DNA of 64,000 bases from Candidatus Fimenecus sp. (GTDB taxonomy: Bacteria > Bacillota > Clostridia > Oscillospirales > Acutalibacteraceae), in NCBI GenBank assembly GCA_045594645.1, contig JAZNYY010000043.1, positions 3,562 to 67,561 of the forward strand, written 5' to 3'. Below are positions 1 through 10,216 of this stretch, one piece after another. The position numbers and the translations under genes were made by a program. The notes under the pieces are model-generated. The model saw only the letters and a program-made list of their open reading frames with translations, was not told where the DNA came from and ran no database searches. The stretch's first letter is position 1; each line of letters begins with the position of its first letter.

Positions 1-12
1 GGAAGAAAAATA

Positions 13-324
13 ATGGAAGATATTATTACTGTATTCCGAGTTCTTCTTCTCATTTCACTTATAATCTGTGCAATTGCTACTGCTCTTTCAAAAAGAGTTA
101 TGACTGCGGTTATTGTTTTCACATCTTACAGTATTGTAATGGCAGTTGTTTGGCTTTTGCTTCGTTCACCCGACCTTGCAATTACAGAGGCGGCAGTTGG
201 TGCGGGTGTTAACGGCGTGCTTTTCTTTCTTACACTTCGCAAGCTTCATCTTATCGACAAGGATTTTAAGGACGATGAAGCTGCAAAGAAATCTGCGGAG
301 GTGAATGAAAATGAAGAAAACTAA
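13..324 (+). CDS. Mrp/Mbh-type antiporter small membrane subunit (DUF4040, MbhD / MrpA-C-terminal-like)
   Basis: 103 aa with about 3 TM helices. The motif PDLAITEAAVGAGVNG is the DUF4040 signature. The ATG at 13-15 overlaps a TAA at 11-13 in another frame, so the gene is probably coupled to an upstream gene outside the window. Confidence 0.7.
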   Translation: MEDIITVFRVLLLISLIICAIATALSKRVMTAVIVFTSYSIVMAVVWLLLRSPDLAITEAAVGAGVNGVLFFLTLRKLHLIDKDFKDDEAAKKSAEVNENEEN

Positions 325-1231
325 ATTCACCGAAAATTTCAAGCAGTGGTATGAAGGAAATTTAAGCTTTGACGAAAAGCTTTCACAGGCTATTGAAAAA
401 ATCCCCGTTGAGCACACTCCCGACGAGCCTCATCACATAAGAAAGAAAATCCGCACAGTCCAAAAGCTTGAAAATGAAGAAATTAAGGTTTCAAAAGCAG
501 GCTACAGATTTTTCTCTGTAATTTTCTGCATTGTTATTTTTGCTGTTCTTGTGGGAACAGTTGCGTTTTTGCCCGGCTTTGCTGATGAAAATGCACCTAC
601 TGCAAACGAGGTTTACGAGCATTATGTTGGCGAGGGCAGAGACCAGACGGGCGCAGTAAACACAGTTGCAGGTATGATTCTTGACTACCGTGCATTTGAT
701 ACCCTTGGCGAGTCATTTGTTCTCTTTACCGCTACCTGTGCGGTGCTTCTGCTTCTTGAAAAGGCAAAAAATGCACCAATCAAGAAAAAAGAAACCTTTA
801 CCTTCACAAATGACCCCATAATTTGTCTTGTTGTAAAAATAATTGTACCGATTATCATTGTTTTCGGTATTTATGTACTCTTTAACGGTCACCTCTCCCC
901 CGGCGGCGGTTTCTCGGGCGGTGCAATTCTCGGCACAGGCTTTATTCTTTTTGCAATGGCATTCGGCGAGGATGTTGCGGCAAGAGTGATTTCTGCAAAG
1001 GCAGTTAAGATTATTACAATCTGCGCACTTTCATTCTATTGCCTTTCAAAAAGCTATTCATTCTTTACGGGCAACGAATTCAACGGAATTCATTCGATTA
1101 TAGGTCCCGGCACACCCGGTGACTTTCTTTCGGGCGGGCTTATTCTGCCACTCAATTTAGCTGTTGGTCTTGTTGTTTGTTGTACAATGTACAGCTTCTA
1201 TATGATTTTCAAAAGGGGGCGCCTTGATTGA
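305..1231 (+). CDS. Mrp antiporter subunit B-like (MnhB/MrpB domain) with N-terminal extension
   Basis: GAVNTVAGMILDYRAFDTLGESFVLFTA is the MnhB signature, and the protein is polytopic. GGAGG lies at 297-301; the start is ATG 305 or, more likely, ATG 311. Confidence 0.75.
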   Translation: MKMKKTKFTENFKQWYEGNLSFDEKLSQAIEKIPVEHTPDEPHHIRKKIRTVQKLENEEIKVSKAGYRFFSVIFCIVIFAVLVGTVAFLPGFADENAPTANEVYEHYVGEGRDQTGAVNTVAGMILDYRAFDTLGESFVLFTATCAVLLLLEKAKNAPIKKKETFTFTNDPIICLVVKIIVPIIIVFGIYVLFNGHLSPGGGFSGGAILGTGFILFAMAFGEDVAARVISAKAVKIITICALSFYCLSKSYSFFTGNEFNGIHSIIGPGTPGDFLSGGLILPLNLAVGLVVCCTMYSFYMIFKRGRLD

Positions 1232-1605
1232 ATTTTCTGATTAACTATGAAGAAGTAACTTCAATGGTCCTCTTCGCAATCGGCTTCACAATGCTTGTTT
1301 TCTCAAAAAACATAATGAAGAAAATTCTCGGTCTTAACATTATGGACACGGGCGTTTATCTCTTTTTGGCGTCAATGGGCTACATTGAAAACAAGCTTAC
1401 CCCCATTGTGCCCTCAACGGGTGAAGTCAATGCGCTTGACTATATCAACCCAATCCCTGCCGGTCTTGTTCTTACGGGAATTGTTGTGTCAGTCAGTTTT
1501 TCGGCGCTTATGCTTGCCCTCACCGTGCGTCTTTACAAAAAATACCGCACATTAAATCTTGATGAGATTTACGAAAAGTGCAGTAAGGAGGATGAGGACG
1601 AATAA
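1228..1605 (+). CDS. Mrp antiporter subunit C (NuoK-like)
   Basis: 125 aa with 3 TM helices and the motif LGLNIMDTGVYLFLASMGY. The TTG start overlaps the upstream stop; an alternative ATG is at 1264. Confidence 0.7.
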   Translation: MNFLINYEEVTSMVLFAIGFTMLVFSKNIMKKILGLNIMDTGVYLFLASMGYIENKLTPIVPSTGEVNALDYINPIPAGLVLTGIVVSVSFSALMLALTVRLYKKYRTLNLDEIYEKCSKEDEDE

Positions 1606-3113
1606 TGGAATTTATTAAGAATTTTCCTTTTATTACAATCGTTTTATCCTTATTCTGCGCGGTTATCTGCTATGCTTTTAAAGATAAAAAAGCCCGTTTT
1701 GTTTCATATTTTCTGCTGACCTCATCAGGAGTTATGTCATTAAGCGTTCTTTTCTATAACCTTTTCTCTGAAACTGGTTATTTCGCTTACAGAATGGGGC
1801 ATTACGACGCACCAATCGGCAACGAAATCTCAGCAGGTCTTTTAGAGCCATTCTTCGCCCTTTTGTTTGAGGTTGTTATGTTGCTCTCGATTACAGGCGG
1901 ATACAACAGAATGCAAAAAGATATTGAAGAAACAAAGCAAAGATTTTTCTATATTATGGTGAACCTTACTCACGCGGCTTTGATGTCACTTTGCTATACA
2001 AACGACATTTACACCGCCTATGTTTTCATTGAGATTTGCACAATTGCATCTTGTGCACTTCTTATGTCAAGCAAAAGAGACCGTTCACTTGTTGCGGCTA
2101 CACGCTACACAATCTTCAGTCTTATCGGCTCAAGCCTTGTGCTTATAGGCATTGTGCTTGTTTACTCTGTAACGGGGCACCTTTTGTTTCCGCAGATTTT
2201 TGAAACTATTCAGACACTCTGGGCAACAGGACAGTACACAGCCCCACTTACAATTGCACTTGGTCTTGTAATTTCAGGACTTGCAATTAAAAGCGGTATG
2301 TTCCCGTTCCATTGGTGGATGCCCGACACCTACGGCACCGCAACGCCCTCGGCATCAGGTATTCTTTCGGGTGTTGTTTCAAAGGGATACATCTTCTTGC
2401 TTCTTAAAATGATTTACCGTGTTATCGGCGTTGAGGTTTATATGGAATCGGGAATTAACAACATTCTCTTTGTATTCGGCATATGCGGAATGATTGTAGG
2501 CTCTGTTTCGGCAATCAGAACCTCAAACATCACCTTTATGACCGCCTATTCCTCTGCCGCTCAAATCGGTTACATTTATATGGGAATCGGCCTTGGTACA
2601 AAAGAAGCACTTTTAGCCTCACTTTTCCAGATTGTTGCCCACGCCCTTACAAAGCCAATGCTTTTCCTCGCGGTTGGCGGACTTTCAGACACAGTTGGCG
2701 GTAAACAGGATTTCGACTCGCTTCGTTCCTCTGCCCACTACAACAAGCCCGCAGGCATTGCTTTTGCGGCGGGTGCACTCTCAATGGTTGGTATTCCCAT
2801 ATTTGCAGGCTTTGTGCCAAAGCTTCTTTACTCAATTTCAGCCTTTGGGCACAGCGGGAAAACCTATGTAGTGCTCATAGCACTTGCATTAAGCACAATT
2901 CTTAATGTTATCTATTTCTTGCGTACGCTTATAAACATTTACAGCCCCGCAATTGTAACACTTGAGCGCAAAAGGGTTGAAATTAAAGCAATTAAAGGCT
3001 TCTCGGTTGTTGTAATTGTTATGGCAGTTATAAATATTTTAGCAGGACTTCGTTCACAACCGTTTATTTCTCTTTTTGAAAAAGGAATAGACATTTTTAT
3101 GAACATACACTAA
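1605..3113 (+). CDS. Mrp subunit D-like / NuoN-M-type proton-conducting antiporter subunit (copy 1)
   Basis: 502 aa, polytopic. The core FPFHWWMPDTYGTATPSASGILSGVVSKG belongs to the proton_antipo_M family. The start abuts the previous stop. Confidence 0.8.
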   Translation: MEFIKNFPFITIVLSLFCAVICYAFKDKKARFVSYFLLTSSGVMSLSVLFYNLFSETGYFAYRMGHYDAPIGNEISAGLLEPFFALLFEVVMLLSITGGYNRMQKDIEETKQRFFYIMVNLTHAALMSLCYTNDIYTAYVFIEICTIASCALLMSSKRDRSLVAATRYTIFSLIGSSLVLIGIVLVYSVTGHLLFPQIFETIQTLWATGQYTAPLTIALGLVISGLAIKSGMFPFHWWMPDTYGTATPSASGILSGVVSKGYIFLLLKMIYRVIGVEVYMESGINNILFVFGICGMIVGSVSAIRTSNITFMTAYSSAAQIGYIYMGIGLGTKEALLASLFQIVAHALTKPMLFLAVGGLSDTVGGKQDFDSLRSSAHYNKPAGIAFAAGALSMVGIPIFAGFVPKLLYSISAFGHSGKTYVVLIALALSTILNVIYFLRTLINIYSPAIVTLERKRVEIKAIKGFSVVVIVMAVINILAGLRSQPFISLFEKGIDIFMNIH

Positions 3114-3128
3114 GGGAGGTAAAAGAAT

Positions 3129-4577
3129 ATGTTTTCTATGATTTTTACAATTACATTTCCGTTGATTTGCGGACTTCTTATGCCTCTTTTAAAGAAGCTT
3201 GATAACCGCAAGGTTAAAATGGCAGTTACAATTTCTTTGCAGGCAATCACAACACTTTTTGGTTTGATTACAGTTTTCGGCGATAATGCATCAACAAAAA
3301 GCTTTGTTTTTACCGGTAATCTTACGCTTGGCTTTACCGCTGATTTAGTTGCAAAAACATTTTGTGCAATCGTAACTGTTGCGTGGCTTCTTGTAACAAT
3401 TTACGCCACGGTGTATATGAAGCACGAAAAAAGCGAGGAAAGATTTTTCCTTTTCTCGTTCTTGACAGAGAGTGCAATGCTCGGTGCGTCATTCTCAAAC
3501 AGTCTTGTTTCAATGTATGTATTCTATGAGCTTGTAACATTATTCTCAATGCCCTTGGTGCTTCATTCACTTTCAAGGGAGTCTGTTTCTGCGGCTAAAA
3601 AATACCTTTATTATTCAATCGCGGGTGCATTTATGGCACTTTTCGGCATTTTTGTAATAGGAACAAGTGCGGATACACTCGGTTTTGTAGCAGGCGGTAC
3701 ATTCACAAATGTTACTCCCCTTGTGCTTGTGGCGGTATTCGTAATGTGCTTGGGATTTGGTGCAAAGGCAGGTCTTTTTCCGCTTCACGGTTGGTTGCCA
3801 ACGGCTCACCCCGTTGCCCCCGCGCCAGCGAGTGCTCTGCTTTCAGGTATCATTGCAAAAGCGGGTGTGCTTGCGGTTATCCGCACAGTATTTTTCACAG
3901 TCGGTGCTGACAATATTGCGGGCACTTGGGTGCAAACCTCTTTACTTGTTCTTGCGCTTCTTACAGTTCTTATGGGCTCAATGATGGCTTATCGCGAAAA
4001 GGTATTCAAAAAGCGTCTTGCCTATTCAACGGTCAGTCAGATTTCTTATGTATTCTGCGGTCTTTTTCTCTTTAACGAAGCAGGTGTAGACGGTGCATTA
4101 TGGCAGATTGTGTTCCACGCGGTTGTTAAAGTGGGCTTGTTCCTTTGCGCAGGTGCAGTAATATTCCTTTACGGCAAAACAAAAATTGAAGAGCTTAACG
4201 GTATCGGCAAAAAAATGCCCGTTACCTTTGCGTGCTTTACAATCCTCTCACTTTCACTTATCGGAATTCCTCCAACGGGCGGATTTTTCAGCAAGTGGGA
4301 GCTTGCTACCGCTTCACTTGAAACGGCAGGAATTGGCGCACTCACATGGATTATTCCCGTAATTCTTCTCGTTTCGGCTCTTCTTACTGCAGGATATCTT
4401 CTTGACATCTCAATACGAGCTTTCTTCAAAAATGAAGAAAACGAGGTAAAAGCCGTTAAAGAGCCCAAGCCTATGTGTGCAGTAATCATTGTACTTACAC
4501 TCATTTCTTTGCTCGGCGGTGTGTTCTCGGCACAGACCGAAGCTATTATTTCAACTATTGTTTCTTCACTTTTTTAG
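3129..4577 (+). CDS. Mrp subunit D-like antiporter subunit (copy 2)
   Basis: 482 aa with the core GLFPLHGWLPTAHPVAPAPASALLSGIIAKAG. An RBS (GGGAGG) lies upstream. Confidence 0.8.
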   Translation: MFSMIFTITFPLICGLLMPLLKKLDNRKVKMAVTISLQAITTLFGLITVFGDNASTKSFVFTGNLTLGFTADLVAKTFCAIVTVAWLLVTIYATVYMKHEKSEERFFLFSFLTESAMLGASFSNSLVSMYVFYELVTLFSMPLVLHSLSRESVSAAKKYLYYSIAGAFMALFGIFVIGTSADTLGFVAGGTFTNVTPLVLVAVFVMCLGFGAKAGLFPLHGWLPTAHPVAPAPASALLSGIIAKAGVLAVIRTVFFTVGADNIAGTWVQTSLLVLALLTVLMGSMMAYREKVFKKRLAYSTVSQISYVFCGLFLFNEAGVDGALWQIVFHAVVKVGLFLCAGAVIFLYGKTKIEELNGIGKKMPVTFACFTILSLSLIGIPPTGGFFSKWELATASLETAGIGALTWIIPVILLVSALLTAGYLLDISIRAFFKNEENEVKAVKEPKPMCAVIIVLTLISLLGGVFSAQTEAIISTIVSSLF

Positions 4578-4589
4578 AGGTAGTTTGAT

Positions 4590-6044
4590 ATGAATGAATT
4601 ATTTTTAATTATTCCTGTTTTTCTGCCAATAATTTCAGGAGCAATACTATATTTTATCCCCTTTAAAAATCAAAGGCAGAGAAACACTTATGTTATATCA
4701 ACCTTGCTTGTATCTGCTGTTGCGGTGTGGCTTTCGGCATTTTTGGTGCCCGAGAAGACTTTTACTCTTCTTCACTTTACTGATGACCTCACATTCTCAT
4801 TAAGACTTGACGGTGCGGGTAAAATATTCTCTTGCCTTTCGGCAACACTCTGGCCTATCACCGCAGTTTATGCTTTTGATTATATGAAGCACGAGGAACA
4901 CCACCAAATGTTCTATTGCTTCTTTGTAATGGCATTCGGTACAACAATGGGTATTGCAATGGCTGAAAACATACTCACAATGTATCTTTTCTATGAAATG
5001 CTCACTCTCACCACAATTCCCCTTGTTGCTCACGGTATGACCAAAAAGCATAACAGAGCTGCAAGAAAATATATGACATATTCAATCGGCGGTGCGGCAT
5101 TTGCCTTTGCGGGAGTAATATTTCTTATAATCAACGGTGCAGGCACATTTCGTCTTGGCGGAAATCTTATTACTGTTGAAAATGAAACTCTCGCCCTTGT
5201 GCTTTATCTTTTAGCATTTATGGGCTTTGGTGTTAAAGCTGCCATTTCCCCTTTGCACCGTTGGTTACCCACGGCGTCGGTTGCTCCCACTCCCGTTACC
5301 GCGCTTCTTCACGCGGTTGCAGTTGTTAAGGCAGGTGCATTCGCACTAATTCGTCTTACTTATTACGCTTATGGCACAGAATTTTTAAAGGGCAGTTGGG
5401 TGCAATATGCAGTAATGGCATTGTCAATTTTCACAATCCTTTACGGCTCAGTAAATGCACTTCGACAGAAGCATTTCAAACGCCGACTCGCCTATTCAAC
5501 GGTTTCAAACCTTTCATATATCGTCTTTGCAACCACGCTTATGACACCCGCGGGGCTTATTGCCGCATTCTGTCACTTGATTTTCCATTCTGTAATCAAA
5601 ATCGGGGCTTTCTTCGCGGCGGGCTCGGTGCTTCACAACAGTGAGCGCGAATATGTGCCTCAGCTTGAGGGAATAGGCAAAAAAATGCCTTGGACCTTCG
5701 GTTTTTTCACCGTTTCGGCATTGGCTCTTACGGGCATTCCCCCATTTTGCGGATTTTTCAGTAAATGGTATATTTCAACCGCCGCCCTTGAAACCGCAGG
5801 CGTGCTTGAAATTATCGGCGTTGTGGTATTGCTTATTTCTGCATTGCTCACAGCAATTTATATGCTCTCACCAATCGTCAAGGCATTCTTCCCCCGCGAA
5901 AATGCTGAAATCGAACTTGAAAATGTTCACGAAGCAAAGCCTGCAATGCTTGTTCCGATGGGAATTTGCGTTGTGCTTTGCATTCTGCTGGGAATATTCG
6001 TTAACATTCCCGTTGCACTCATCGGGGAGGTGCTTGGATTATGA
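4590..6044 (+). CDS. Mrp subunit D-like antiporter subunit (copy 3)
   Basis: 484 aa with the core ISPLHRWLPTASVAPTPVTALLHAVAVVKAG. Confidence 0.8.
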   Translation: MNELFLIIPVFLPIISGAILYFIPFKNQRQRNTYVISTLLVSAVAVWLSAFLVPEKTFTLLHFTDDLTFSLRLDGAGKIFSCLSATLWPITAVYAFDYMKHEEHHQMFYCFFVMAFGTTMGIAMAENILTMYLFYEMLTLTTIPLVAHGMTKKHNRAARKYMTYSIGGAAFAFAGVIFLIINGAGTFRLGGNLITVENETLALVLYLLAFMGFGVKAAISPLHRWLPTASVAPTPVTALLHAVAVVKAGAFALIRLTYYAYGTEFLKGSWVQYAVMALSIFTILYGSVNALRQKHFKRRLAYSTVSNLSYIVFATTLMTPAGLIAAFCHLIFHSVIKIGAFFAAGSVLHNSEREYVPQLEGIGKKMPWTFGFFTVSALALTGIPPFCGFFSKWYISTAALETAGVLEIIGVVVLLISALLTAIYMLSPIVKAFFPRENAEIELENVHEAKPAMLVPMGICVVLCILLGIFVNIPVALIGEVLGL

Positions 6045-8086
6045 GTATTTTAACAAGTCTTTGCGTATTCTTCCCCGTGCTTGCCGCAATTGTGGCTTAT
6101 CCGCTGAATAAAAAGAGCAAAAAAATATGTGACGCAGTTGTTATCATTTCAACCCTTGCAGTTCTTGTATCAGCGGGAATTATGGCTTTTATAGGTGACG
6201 AAAATACCGTTTCAATACTCTCAATGAACTTTCAGCAAAGCGGTTTTCAATGTGTTTACGCAGTAGTTACCGCATTTATGTGGTTTTGCGCAGCACTTCT
6301 CTCACCGCAATATTTCAAAGGTCACCACAATATCGGCAGATATTATTTCTTCTTCCTTTTAACTCTCGGTGCGACAATGGGCGTGTTCTTATCTGCCGAC
6401 CTTATTACAACCTTTATCTTCTTTGAGATTATGTCCTTTGCCTCATATATGTGGGTTGTTCATGAGCAGGATAAAGAGGCTATGGCAGCGGGTAAAACCT
6501 ACTTGACCATTGCGGTACTTGGCGGTATGGTCTTACTTATGGGACTTTTTCTCCTATACAGCATTACAGGAACTCTTGTAATTTCAGAGCTTTATGACGC
6601 AGTAGTTAAAGCAGGCAGCAGCACCAAGCTTTATGTCGCGGTATTCTGTATGCTTTTCGGCTTCGGTGCAAAAGCGGGTCTTTTCCCAATGCATATATGG
6701 TTGCCAAAGGCTCACCCCGTAGCCCCCGCCCCTGCAAGCGCACTTCTTTCAGGTGTGCTCACAAAATCGGGTATTTTCGGAATGCTTATTATCACCGCAA
6801 ATATTATGCGTGGTGACAAGCTGTGGGGCTACACAATACTCATACTCGGTGCAATCACAATGGTGCTTGGTGCAGTTATTGCAGTGTTCTCAACTAATCT
6901 TAAAAGGACTCTCGCCTGCTCTTCACTTTCACAGATTGGCTTTATTACAGTAGGTGTGTCAATGCTTTGTCTTTTAGGCGAAGAAAATGCCCTCGCCGCC
7001 AACGGAACTGTACTTTATATGCTCAACCACTCAATTGTGAAATTGACACTTTTCCTTTGCGCAGGCGCAATTTACGCGGGTGCACACACTCTTGACATAA
7101 ACAAGCTCAAGGGATATGGCAGAAACAAGCCTGAGATATTAGTTCCGTTCCTTTTTGGTGCTTGCAGTCTTGCGGGTATTCCGGGCTTTGCAGGTTATCT
7201 TTCAAAAACGCTTGTACACGAGGCAATTGTGGAATATGCTCATCACGGTGGCATAATTATCACTGTAATCGAATGGTTGTTCCTTTTCTCAGGCGGACTT
7301 ACTGTAGCATATGTGCTCAAGCTTTTTGTCACAATCTTTGTTCAGAAGCCCACAGACGAAACTCCCGTTGCTCACGGCAAAACCTCACTATTAAGTGCTT
7401 TGTCACTTGTTCTCTCATCAGTAATGTTACTCGTGGTAGGTGTGCTACCCCACACACTTGCAGAAAAGATTTCGGGTGTTATGCTACCCTTTGTTGACGG
7501 TCACGAGGGTCATCATCAGGTTGAATATTTCTCACTTGTAAATCTTAAGGGAATATTCATTTCACTCGGCATAGGTATTGCAGTTTATCTGCTTGTAATC
7601 TGCAAGGGACTTATGAGAAATGAAAACGGCAAAAAGGTTCATTACAACCCACTTACCGACAAATTCTCACTTGAAAACAATATTTATCTTCCGCTTTCAA
7701 ATACAGTTATTACCGTAACGGGTGCAATCTGCAGTTTCTTTGACAAGCTTCCCGAAGCTCTTATAAATGCGGGAATGGTAGTTCTTACGGTAATACTTCG
7801 TGCTTGCTGTGATATTACTGATATTATTCTTCTTGTTCTTGACAGAACCGTATTTAAAATGGCAAAAGAGCCCACAGAGCCCCACGAAAGAAGATACGCT
7901 TATGCTGTTGGCTCAATTTACGGCAGACTCACAAGGAAGGGCAAAGAGGTGCAGGCAGAACGCTTTGTGAGAGCCTCTGAAACCATTGACAAGACAACAA
8001 CAAGACTTTCAAAGAATTTCTCGTTTGCCTTGTTTATGACCTGCCTCGGTATCACCATAATTCTGTTGTTCCTCATATTAAAATAA
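6041..8086 (+). CDS. NuoL/MrpA-like antiporter subunit with long C-terminal extension
   Basis: 681 aa with the core GLFPMHIWLPKAHPVAPAPASALLSGVLTKSG. A C-terminal extension of about 230 aa ends in a charged helical stretch followed by a final TM helix. The ATGA start/stop overlaps the previous gene. Confidence 0.75.
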   Translation: MSILTSLCVFFPVLAAIVAYPLNKKSKKICDAVVIISTLAVLVSAGIMAFIGDENTVSILSMNFQQSGFQCVYAVVTAFMWFCAALLSPQYFKGHHNIGRYYFFFLLTLGATMGVFLSADLITTFIFFEIMSFASYMWVVHEQDKEAMAAGKTYLTIAVLGGMVLLMGLFLLYSITGTLVISELYDAVVKAGSSTKLYVAVFCMLFGFGAKAGLFPMHIWLPKAHPVAPAPASALLSGVLTKSGIFGMLIITANIMRGDKLWGYTILILGAITMVLGAVIAVFSTNLKRTLACSSLSQIGFITVGVSMLCLLGEENALAANGTVLYMLNHSIVKLTLFLCAGAIYAGAHTLDINKLKGYGRNKPEILVPFLFGACSLAGIPGFAGYLSKTLVHEAIVEYAHHGGIIITVIEWLFLFSGGLTVAYVLKLFVTIFVQKPTDETPVAHGKTSLLSALSLVLSSVMLLVVGVLPHTLAEKISGVMLPFVDGHEGHHQVEYFSLVNLKGIFISLGIGIAVYLLVICKGLMRNENGKKVHYNPLTDKFSLENNIYLPLSNTVITVTGAICSFFDKLPEALINAGMVVLTVILRACCDITDIILLVLDRTVFKMAKEPTEPHERRYAYAVGSIYGRLTRKGKEVQAERFVRASETIDKTTTRLSKNFSFALFMTCLGITIILLFLILK

Positions 8087-8132
8087 GAATAAAAAAGATT
8101 TTAAATCCATATTTTATTACGGGGTGATAAAT

Positions 8133-8606
8133 ATGGATAAAAGCAAGTGGAAAACCTATGGTCTTGCAATTCTGTTGACTGAAATAGTCGGCGGAATTGC
8201 AGGACTTTTTACATCAATGGGAATGGATGAATATAAGTTGGCAGAAAAACCGCCTTTGACTCCGCCCGCAATTGTATTCCCGATTGTGTGGACAATTCTC
8301 TATGCCTTAATGGGCATAGGTGTAGCACGAATTTGGCTTGCGCCCGCAACAAAAGAGCGAAATCACGGGCTTATAATTTATGCCGTGCAATTGTTCTTTA
8401 ATTTCTTTTGGAGTATTATTTTCTTCAATTTACAGGCTTACGGCTTTGCATTTTTCTGGCTTATAGCATTGTGGGCACTTATACTCGGTATGATAATTAT
8501 TTTCAACAAAACCGACCGCCTTGCCGCCATTTTGCAAATACCCTATTTAATATGGGTAACCTTTGCGGGATATTTAAATCTTATGGTGTGGTTGTTGAAC
8601 AGATAA
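8133..8606 (+). CDS. tspO: TspO/MBR family tryptophan-rich sensory protein
   Basis: About 157 aa with 5 TM helices. The Trp-rich motifs PIVWTILYALMGIGVARIW and FFWSIIFFNLQ are present. ATG 8133 is preferred over GTG 8124. Confidence 0.8.
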   Translation: MDKSKWKTYGLAILLTEIVGGIAGLFTSMGMDEYKLAEKPPLTPPAIVFPIVWTILYALMGIGVARIWLAPATKERNHGLIIYAVQLFFNFFWSIIFFNLQAYGFAFFWLIALWALILGMIIIFNKTDRLAAILQIPYLIWVTFAGYLNLMVWLLNR

Positions 8607-8635
8607 CGAATCCCTCCACCGCCTGCAGCGGTCTC

Positions 8636-8662
8636 CCTCCCAATGACCTTGGGAGGTTTTTT
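8636..8662 (+). terminator. Intrinsic terminator after tspO
   Basis: The stem pairs cctccca (8636-8642) with tgggagg (8650-8656) and is followed by TTTTTT. Confidence 0.7.
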
Positions 8663-8720
8663 GTTTGTTGTATTTTTATTTTATCTGTGCTACAATATTT
8701 GGTATAAAGGGGGACGCTTT

Positions 8721-10157
8721 ATGAAAACAAAAACTTTAAGCCCTGAAAAGCTCGAAAAAAAACAGCTTCGCAAGGCAAAAGAGCTTAAGTATTGGGAAAG
8801 GCAAAAAGCAAGGCCAAAAAGCAAGACATATTTCTGGTATCTTGTGCTTATTATTGCACTGATTTATGCCGTTGACGAAATTGCATCCCAAATAAATTCA
8901 CTTATGCAAACTGAAATCGCCAACGAATTTTTCAAAAGCGAAAGTGCAGTTACAATTCTCAATCTTTTGAATGTTGTTGCAATACCATTTCAGATTTTAG
9001 GTATTCTTTACAGACCGCTCGCCGACCGTTTCGGCAGAAAAACCTTTCTTATTATAAACACCTTTGGAATGGCACTTGCATTGTTTGTTATCTTCCTTTC
9101 AGGCAATGTGATAATGTACTTTATCGGGGCTTGTATGATATTGTTTTTCGTGCCCCACGATATGCATGTTGTGTATATTATGGAAACTGCGCCAAGCAAA
9201 AGCCGTGCTATTACATATTCAGTAGTTAAATTCTTTGCTAATATGGCAGTAATGCTTGTACCGCTTCTTCGTAACTGGTTAATGGAAAATGCAGGTCAAT
9301 GGCGCAGAGTATATATGATTCCTGCAATAGTTGGTATTGTTGTCAGCCTTGTGGCACTTCTTTGTGCAAGAGAAACTGACGCGTTTATTGAATCCCGTAT
9401 CCGATACCTCAAAATGACTGAAGAAGAATTACAAGCAGAAGAGGCGAAGAAAAAAGCACAAAATTCACAAGGCGGACTTATTGATGCACTTAAATTCGGT
9501 ATGTCGCACAAACAGCTTCGCTGGGTATTCATTTGTTTTGCTCTTGCAGGTATCGGCGTTATAGGCAGTATGAATTATCAAGCTATTCTTACTCACGGTT
9601 ATGCACAGAGTATTTATGGCGGTAATACAAAAGAATTTTTGGACCTTGTAAGTGTTAATCAAGTCAGCCAAGCACTCACCTTATACCCCATCGGTATGGC
9701 TCTTTCACAGGTGATTATGGGCTTTATATCTGACAAAAAAGGCAGAAAAGCAGCCGCAATTACCGTTGCTGCAAACTGTGTTGTATGCTTTGTTGCATTT
9801 ACACTTGGCGCAAAGATGAACTTTAACCCTTATGTTGTAGGCTTTCTTTGCGGTGCATTTGTAGGCAGTTATTATTCAACAAATGATGTGCTTATTATGA
9901 TGGCAAGCGAATCGGCACCGACAAATCTTCGCTCATCTGCCACATCGGCACAAACGGTTGTGGGCTTTGTAGGATATGCCATAGGCTTTATTATTAACAC
10001 TATTCTCGCGTTAATTTTTGGCGATGGTATAATCGGCACAGTTGCACTTTGTCTTCTCGTACCAAGCTTTGTAATCACACTTGTTGCCCTTGTCAAGAAA
10101 ACTCACGATACAAAAGGCATTGACCTTGACACAGTTACGGGCACGGAGTGGGATTAA
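8721..10157 (+). CDS. MFS transporter
   Basis: About 478 aa arranged as 6+6 TM helices around a charged central loop (EEELQAEEAKKKAQ). The loop motif RPLADRFGRK is MFS-like. ATG 8721 has the RBS AAGGGGGA; the 8643 extension lies over the terminator and is unlikely to be coding. Confidence 0.75.
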   Translation: MKTKTLSPEKLEKKQLRKAKELKYWERQKARPKSKTYFWYLVLIIALIYAVDEIASQINSLMQTEIANEFFKSESAVTILNLLNVVAIPFQILGILYRPLADRFGRKTFLIINTFGMALALFVIFLSGNVIMYFIGACMILFFVPHDMHVVYIMETAPSKSRAITYSVVKFFANMAVMLVPLLRNWLMENAGQWRRVYMIPAIVGIVVSLVALLCARETDAFIESRIRYLKMTEEELQAEEAKKKAQNSQGGLIDALKFGMSHKQLRWVFICFALAGIGVIGSMNYQAILTHGYAQSIYGGNTKEFLDLVSVNQVSQALTLYPIGMALSQVIMGFISDKKGRKAAAITVAANCVVCFVAFTLGAKMNFNPYVVGFLCGAFVGSYYSTNDVLIMMASESAPTNLRSSATSAQTVVGFVGYAIGFIINTILALIFGDGIIGTVALCLLVPSFVITLVALVKKTHDTKGIDLDTVTGTEWD

Positions 10158-10180
10158 TAAACACCAATTGAATTGATAAC

Positions 10181-10216
10181 AAAAAAAGCCTCCCTCTGAC
10201 GAGGGAGGCTTTTTTA
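10181..10216. terminator. Bidirectional intrinsic terminator (MFS / galT convergent)
   Basis: aaaaaaa-gcctccctc-tgac-gagggaggc-tttttt. The stem is flanked by an A-run on one side and a T-run on the other. Confidence 0.8.

Noticed and set aside
8643-8720. N-terminal extension of the MFS ORF (MTLGGFLFVVFLFYLCYNIWYKGGRF).
   Set aside because: The extension starts inside the tspO terminator T-run. The internal ATG at 8721 has a proper RBS and gives a typical MFS N-terminus.
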